Positions 60,065 through 64,000 of a stretch of 64,000 bases of DNA are shown here, piece after piece. Source of the DNA: Methylacidimicrobium fagopyrum (GTDB lineage Bacteria; Verrucomicrobiota; Verrucomicrobiia; Limisphaerales; UBA11358); contig JAMFSJ010000059.1 of assembly GCA_026225255.1 (NCBI GenBank), forward strand, positions 38,311 to 102,310. The letters are read 5' to 3'. The notes under the pieces are model-generated. The model had not been told where the DNA came from. It made no database searches and saw only the letters and a program-made list of their open reading frames with translations. The translations under genes were made by a program, and so were the position numbers. Each line of letters opens with the position of its first letter. Position 1 is the stretch's first letter.

Positions 60065-61087
60065 TCAGGCGTTATGCGTTTCGCTCAAATGTTCCGACGC
60101 GATCGCGCGCCATTCTTCAGTAAACGGATCGGGCGCGGGTTCGCGTTGGACTTGCGCGACGGCTTCCTCGATCTCTTGAATGATGTTGCTCCGCCAAACC
60201 GCGAGTTGCGCGGCGTCCACCCAGTTTTGACGTAAAATAGTTTCTTCGGCGACCTTCAGACAATCGCGACCGAGCGTGGAATTTTTCAATTCTGGAACGA
60301 TGTAATGCGCGTCGTCATGTTCGCCGTGGCCGCAGAGGCGCAATAGTTTGGCGATGATGAGTTGCGGGCCGCCGCCGTTGCGCGCTTGAGTCACCGCACC
60401 GCCGACAATTTTCAGACACGCGGTCAAATCCGTGGCATCCACGGAATGCGTGGCGATGCCGTAGCCGATGCCTTTATCCGCCAGATCGGCGCAAGCGAAC
60501 TGGCTCGCCGTCGGCGTGGAGTAAGCATATTGATTATCCGCCACGACCATCACGAGCGGCAATTTTTCCACCGCCGCCTGATTCATCGCTTCGTGAAACG
60601 CGCCGGTGGAAGTCGCGCCATCGCCGAGGCAAGCCGCGCCGACGGTGCCGGTAATTTTTTTGAAACGGCGCGCGATCAAGATGCCGTTCACCACGGAAAT
60701 CATCGCGCCGAGATGGCTGATCATCGGGAGATAACCGTCCTTGGGCCGGCCGCGATGAACGTTGCCATCGCGCCCCCGCATCGGACCGAGCGACGAACCC
60801 ATATAAGTGCGAACCGCGTCCAAAATGGATTCACCAAAGGCAAGCCGGCCGGCGGCATCGCGGATCAAGGGGGCAAAAACATCGGTTTTATTCAAGGCAA
60901 GGCCCAGCGACGCGCTCAAGGCTTCCTGGCCGCGGCCCAGAAAAACACCCCCGTGGATTTTGCCAGCACGATAGAGCGCGGCGAATTTATCGTCCAAAAG
61001 TCTGGCGCGAAGCATGAAACGATAGGCAGCAAGGTGCGAATCGGAGACAGCCTCCCCCAAGCTAATTTCAGGCGCGGTTTGAAACAT
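60065..61087 (-). CDS. 2-oxoacid dehydrogenase E1 alpha subunit (TPP-binding)
   Basis: The start was trimmed to MFQTAPEISLGE... (340 aa). TPP motif CLGDGATSTGAFHEAMN...VVADNQYA. The 431-aa ORF extension has no similarity and would run into the divergent promoter region. Confidence 0.85.
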   Translation of the reverse strand: MFQTAPEISLGEAVSDSHLAAYRFMLRARLLDDKFAALYRAGKIHGGVFLGRGQEALSASLGLALNKTDVFAPLIRDAAGRLAFGESILDAVRTYMGSSLGPMRGRDGNVHRGRPKDGYLPMISHLGAMISVVNGILIARRFKKITGTVGAACLGDGATSTGAFHEAMNQAAVEKLPLVMVVADNQYAYSTPTASQFACADLADKGIGYGIATHSVDATDLTACLKIVGGAVTQARNGGGPQLIIAKLLRLCGHGEHDDAHYIVPELKNSTLGRDCLKVAEETILRQNWVDAAQLAVWRSNIIQEIEEAVAQVQREPAPDPFTEEWRAIASEHLSETHNA

Positions 61088-61219
61088 GCACCAAAGTTTA
61101 TCGGCGGAGACGCAAGCCAGCAATGTTTCTTTCCAAATCAGAAAAACTAAATCATTTGCGGTTTGGGAACAAAATTTGCTAGAGCTAGAGAGAAATATAC
61201 GATTTACCAGCATTACAGC

Positions 61220-63682
61220 ATGATACCGACCCAATTTGAAGTCTTGTTGCTTGGCACTGATGCCAAGTTGTTGGACGCAGTGGCGCAGATCGTCCGGCTG
61301 GATGGCGGCGGCGTGAGCTACGCCACGACTTATATGGAAACCCTGCGCGCTTTGCTGCAATCGCCGCCGGATTTGATCTTGCTGGACTTAAGAGCCTCGG
61401 AAACCGACTGTCTGGCCCTGCTCCGCCAGATCAAACAATATCCGCCCCCCAAACCGCTCATCACCATCGCGCTCGCGCCGCTGAACAACCCGACGGTCAT
61501 TTCGCGGGCGTTTGAGCTGGGGTTGAATCAATTTATCGCGGTGCCGTTTGCAGACAACACGGTTTTCCGCGCCGAACTGAACGGCGCCTTACAACTCAAA
61601 CGCACGTTCGATGGCATTTCCAATCGGCAGCAGGAACACATTGAAGCCCGGCGCTCCGCCGAGTCGAATTCGCGGGCAAAATCCGATTTTCTCGCGGCGA
61701 TGAGCCACGAAATCCGCACGCCGATGAATGGCGTGATCGCGATGACGGGTTTGATGCTGGAAACGACGTTGACGCCGGAGCAACGCAGTTATCTCGATAC
61801 GATCTACAACAGCAGCGAATCGCTGTTGAACATCATCAACGACATTCTCGATTTCTCCAAAATTGAAGCGGGCAAGATGGAATTGGAACGGCAGCCGTTC
61901 GATTTGCGGGCGTGTATTGAGGAATCGCTCGACATGATGGCCTCGCGCGCGCTCGAAAAACAGCTCGATCTTGTTTACGAAGTGGACCGCGAAATCCCCA
62001 CGTTGGTGGAAGGTGATCAACAACGGTTGCGGCAGGTGTTCATGAATTTATTGAGCAACGCGCTGAAATTCACCGAACGCGGTGACGTTTTAGTGAAGGT
62101 GCAAAAACTGCCGAGGTCGCCGGGTGAATCGGAAAATCCCGCCACGTTGCGATTACATTTTGCCGTGCGCGATACGGGCATCGGCGTGCCGGCGGACCGG
62201 CTGGCACGGCTGTTTCGTCCGTTCACCCAGGCCGATGTTTCCACGGCGCGAAAATATGGTGGCACCGGTTTGGGACTCGCCATCAGCCGCAGTCTGGTGG
62301 AATTAATGGGCGGAAAAATGTGGGCGGAAAGCGTGCCGGGCGCGGGTTCAACGTTCCATTTCACCGCGAACCTGGCCGTGCAAGCGGACGCCCAACCGCC
62401 CGCTCACCTGACGCGATTGCCGCGCCTCGCGGACTTGAAAATTTTGATCCTGGATGACAATGCCGCGAGCCGCAACATGCTATTCGAGCAATGTCGCACG
62501 TGGGGCATGTTGCCGCGCGCGGTGGAAAATTCCGCCCAGGCGATCGAGTTATTACAGCAAGGCGCGGAGTTCGATCTCGCGTTAGTGGACATGTATTTGA
62601 ACGGTCAGGATGGCGTCGCCGTCGCGGCGGAAATCCAGAAAATTCCCGGCGCGCAAATGATGCCGCTAGTGTTGCTCACGCCGCTCGGCAAACGCAACAG
62701 CAGCAAAGATGAGGTGCGCATCATCTTCGCCCACGCGGTGCACAAACCGGTGAAGCCCGCGCAATTATCCGCCGTGCTGGAACGCGCTTTGTTAAGCCCG
62801 CGCCTCGCGCCGCGTCCGGTGGAGCCGCCCAAAGCCGGGCCGTTGCTCGCGACCCAATTGCCGCTCCGCCTTTTGGTGGTGGATGACAACGCCATCAACC
62901 AACGCGTCGCCTGCCGCATTTTACAGCAGCTCGGTTATTCCGCGGACGTGGCGGGCAATGGCCGCGAAGCGCTCGAAGCGCTCGATCGCAAGCCGTTTGA
63001 TTTTGTGTTGATGGACGTGATGATGCCGGAATTGGACGGACTGGAAGCGACCCGTCTCTTGCGGAAACGGCAACTGACCGGCGAACACCAAATGTATCCG
63101 GCGCGGATCGTCGTCGTGGCCGTCACCGCGCACGCGATGCAAGGCGACCGCGAAAAATGTATCGCCGCCGGCATGGACGATTATCTTTCCAAACCCGTTC
63201 GCCCGAAAGATGTCCGCGACATGATCGAACGTTGGGGCCGCACGATTGTGCCGGAAATCGCCGCGCCGTCGCCGCTCGCCGCGTTGCCGGCCCTGACGAA
63301 CACCGAAGAGGAAGCGCCCGTGGACATGGCGCGGATGTTGGATTTGACCGATGGCAACGACGACAGTTTGCGCGAACTGGTCGAAATGTATCTCAAACAA
63401 ACGAACAAACAATTTGATCAAATGCAAACGGCCATTCGCACAGCGGATGCCAGCACGTTGCGCCACGTCGCGCACAGTTGCGCGGGCGCGAGCGCAACGC
63501 TCGGCATGGTGCGTTTATCGCCACGTTTGCGCGAACTTGAAAAAATGGGCGCGTCCGGCACCTTGACCGGCGCGGGCGAACTTTGCACCACCGCCGCTCA
63601 AGAATATGGTCGCATTCAGGAATTTTTAAAAAGCCGTTCGGAACTAACCGCCATCGTTGAAAAAAATTTAATCCCCGCATGA
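61220..63682 (+). CDS. Hybrid sensor histidine kinase (N-terminal receiver-like domain, HisKA/HATPase, two receivers, HPt)
   Basis: H-box [13 protein letters not shown]-boxes DTGIGV and GTGLGLAI, receivers (ILILDDN..., LLVVDDN...DVMMPELDG...), HPt ([14 protein letters not shown]). The start is ATG 61220 ([12 protein letters not shown]). The ORF is open from 61163. Confidence 0.9.
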   Translation: MIPTQFEVLLLGTDAKLLDAVAQIVRLDGGGVSYATTYMETLRALLQSPPDLILLDLRASETDCLALLRQIKQYPPPKPLITIALAPLNNPTVISRAFELGLNQFIAVPFADNTVFRAELNGALQLKRTFDGISNRQQEHIEARRSAESNSRAKSDFLAAMSHEIRTPMNGVIAMTGLMLETTLTPEQRSYLDTIYNSSESLLNIINDILDFSKIEAGKMELERQPFDLRACIEESLDMMASRALEKQLDLVYEVDREIPTLVEGDQQRLRQVFMNLLSNALKFTERGDVLVKVQKLPRSPGESENPATLRLHFAVRDTGIGVPADRLARLFRPFTQADVSTARKYGGTGLGLAISRSLVELMGGKMWAESVPGAGSTFHFTANLAVQADAQPPAHLTRLPRLADLKILILDDNAASRNMLFEQCRTWGMLPRAVENSAQAIELLQQGAEFDLALVDMYLNGQDGVAVAAEIQKIPGAQMMPLVLLTPLGKRNSSKDEVRIIFAHAVHKPVKPAQLSAVLERALLSPRLAPRPVEPPKAGPLLATQLPLRLLVVDDNAINQRVACRILQQLGYSADVAGNGREALEALDRKPFDFVLMDVMMPELDGLEATRLLRKRQLTGEHQMYPARIVVVAVTAHAMQGDREKCIAAGMDDYLSKPVRPKDVRDMIERWGRTIVPEIAAPSPLAALPALTNTEEEAPVDMARMLDLTDGNDDSLRELVEMYLKQTNKQFDQMQTAIRTADASTLRHVAHSCAGASATLGMVRLSPRLRELEKMGASGTLTGAGELCTTAAQEYGRIQEFLKSRSELTAIVEKNLIPA

Positions 63683-64000
63683 AAAAAATCCTCCTCATCG
63701 AAGACGATCCGATCGTCGCCAACGTTTACCGCAATAAACTCGCGGTCGAAGGGTATCAGACCGAAACCGCCGCCGACGGCGAAGCCGGTTTGAAACTGCT
63801 GCATTCATTCCAGCCTCAGGTCATCATTCTCGACCTGATGTTGCCCGGCGTTTCCGGCGTGGACGTCATCAAAAAAATCCGCAGCGAAGCGGATTTTGCC
63901 AAGACGCCGATCGTCGTTTTTTCCAACACTTACCTGACCAACTTGATTCAGGAAGCGTGGCGCGCGGGGGCCAATAAATGTTTGTCCAAATCCACTTGCA
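63679..64000 (+). CDS. Response regulator, N-terminal part (continues beyond window end)
   Basis: [21 protein letters not shown]...[16 protein letters not shown]...IVVFSN. There is an ATGA overlap with the hybrid kinase stop. Confidence 0.85.
   Translation, partial: MKKILLIEDDPIVANVYRNKLAVEGYQTETAADGEAGLKLLHSFQPQVIILDLMLPGVSGVDVIKKIRSEADFAKTPIVVFSNTYLTNLIQEAWRAGANKCLSKSTC

Overview
This is a gene-dense chromosomal window with about 55 protein genes. GC is roughly mid-50s percent by eye. I saw no rRNA, tRNA or CRISPR array. Three traits suggest a PVC-group bacterium, probably Verrucomicrobiota (inference only): many secreted glycoside hydrolases with C-terminal ...W..V....FYRL-type tails, AT-rich start contexts without Shine-Dalgarno sequences, and many families of GC-rich palindromic repeats.

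Gene content, left to right:
- A GlcNAc/fucose glycan-utilisation cluster: PIG-L deacetylase, ROK kinase, GH29, GH20 and a sugar porter.
- A SAM-I riboswitch operon encoding a ThrC-like enzyme, a GG-terminated ThiS/MoaD-like carrier and a NIL-domain protein.
- The complete F1Fo ATP synthase operon (atpBEFHAGDC, minus strand).
- gluQ, an RmlD-like reductase, a RelE/ParE toxin-antitoxin pair, N-carbamoylputrescine amidase, a Ser/Thr kinase and HU.
- A GH56-like secreted protein and an MFS exporter.
- A putative metal-related cluster: EF-hand protein, receiver, MbnP-like/di-heme MbnH-like fusion and YHYH protein, with a divergent OmpR/HK pair.
- hemW.
- A second glycan block: unknown secreted protein, GH18-like giant protein and GH78.
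- A PAS-PAS histidine kinase with two receivers.
- A DUF3300/DUF2950 pair.
- pheS and pheT, split by a 3-kb insert: a low-GC orphan ORF, a VapC remnant, a beta-carbonic anhydrase, a PAP2 phosphatase and a phased 21-bp tandem array.
- A LemA/M48 membrane cluster.
- A 2-oxoacid dehydrogenase E1alpha/E1beta/E2 operon.
- A hybrid histidine kinase plus a receiver.

The most notable items:
- The riboswitch-controlled ThrC-like/sulfur-carrier/NIL operon, a candidate thiocarboxylate-dependent homocysteine synthesis route.
- The 21-bp phased GGA array upstream of pheT.
- Palindromic repeat elements that sit in-frame inside hemW, gluQ and the MbnP-MbnH fusion, comparable to Rickettsia palindromic elements.
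- A GH56-like protein in a bacterium.
- The low-GC HEPN-like ORF wedged between pheS and pheT.

All product calls come from motif recognition by eye. No database search was run.
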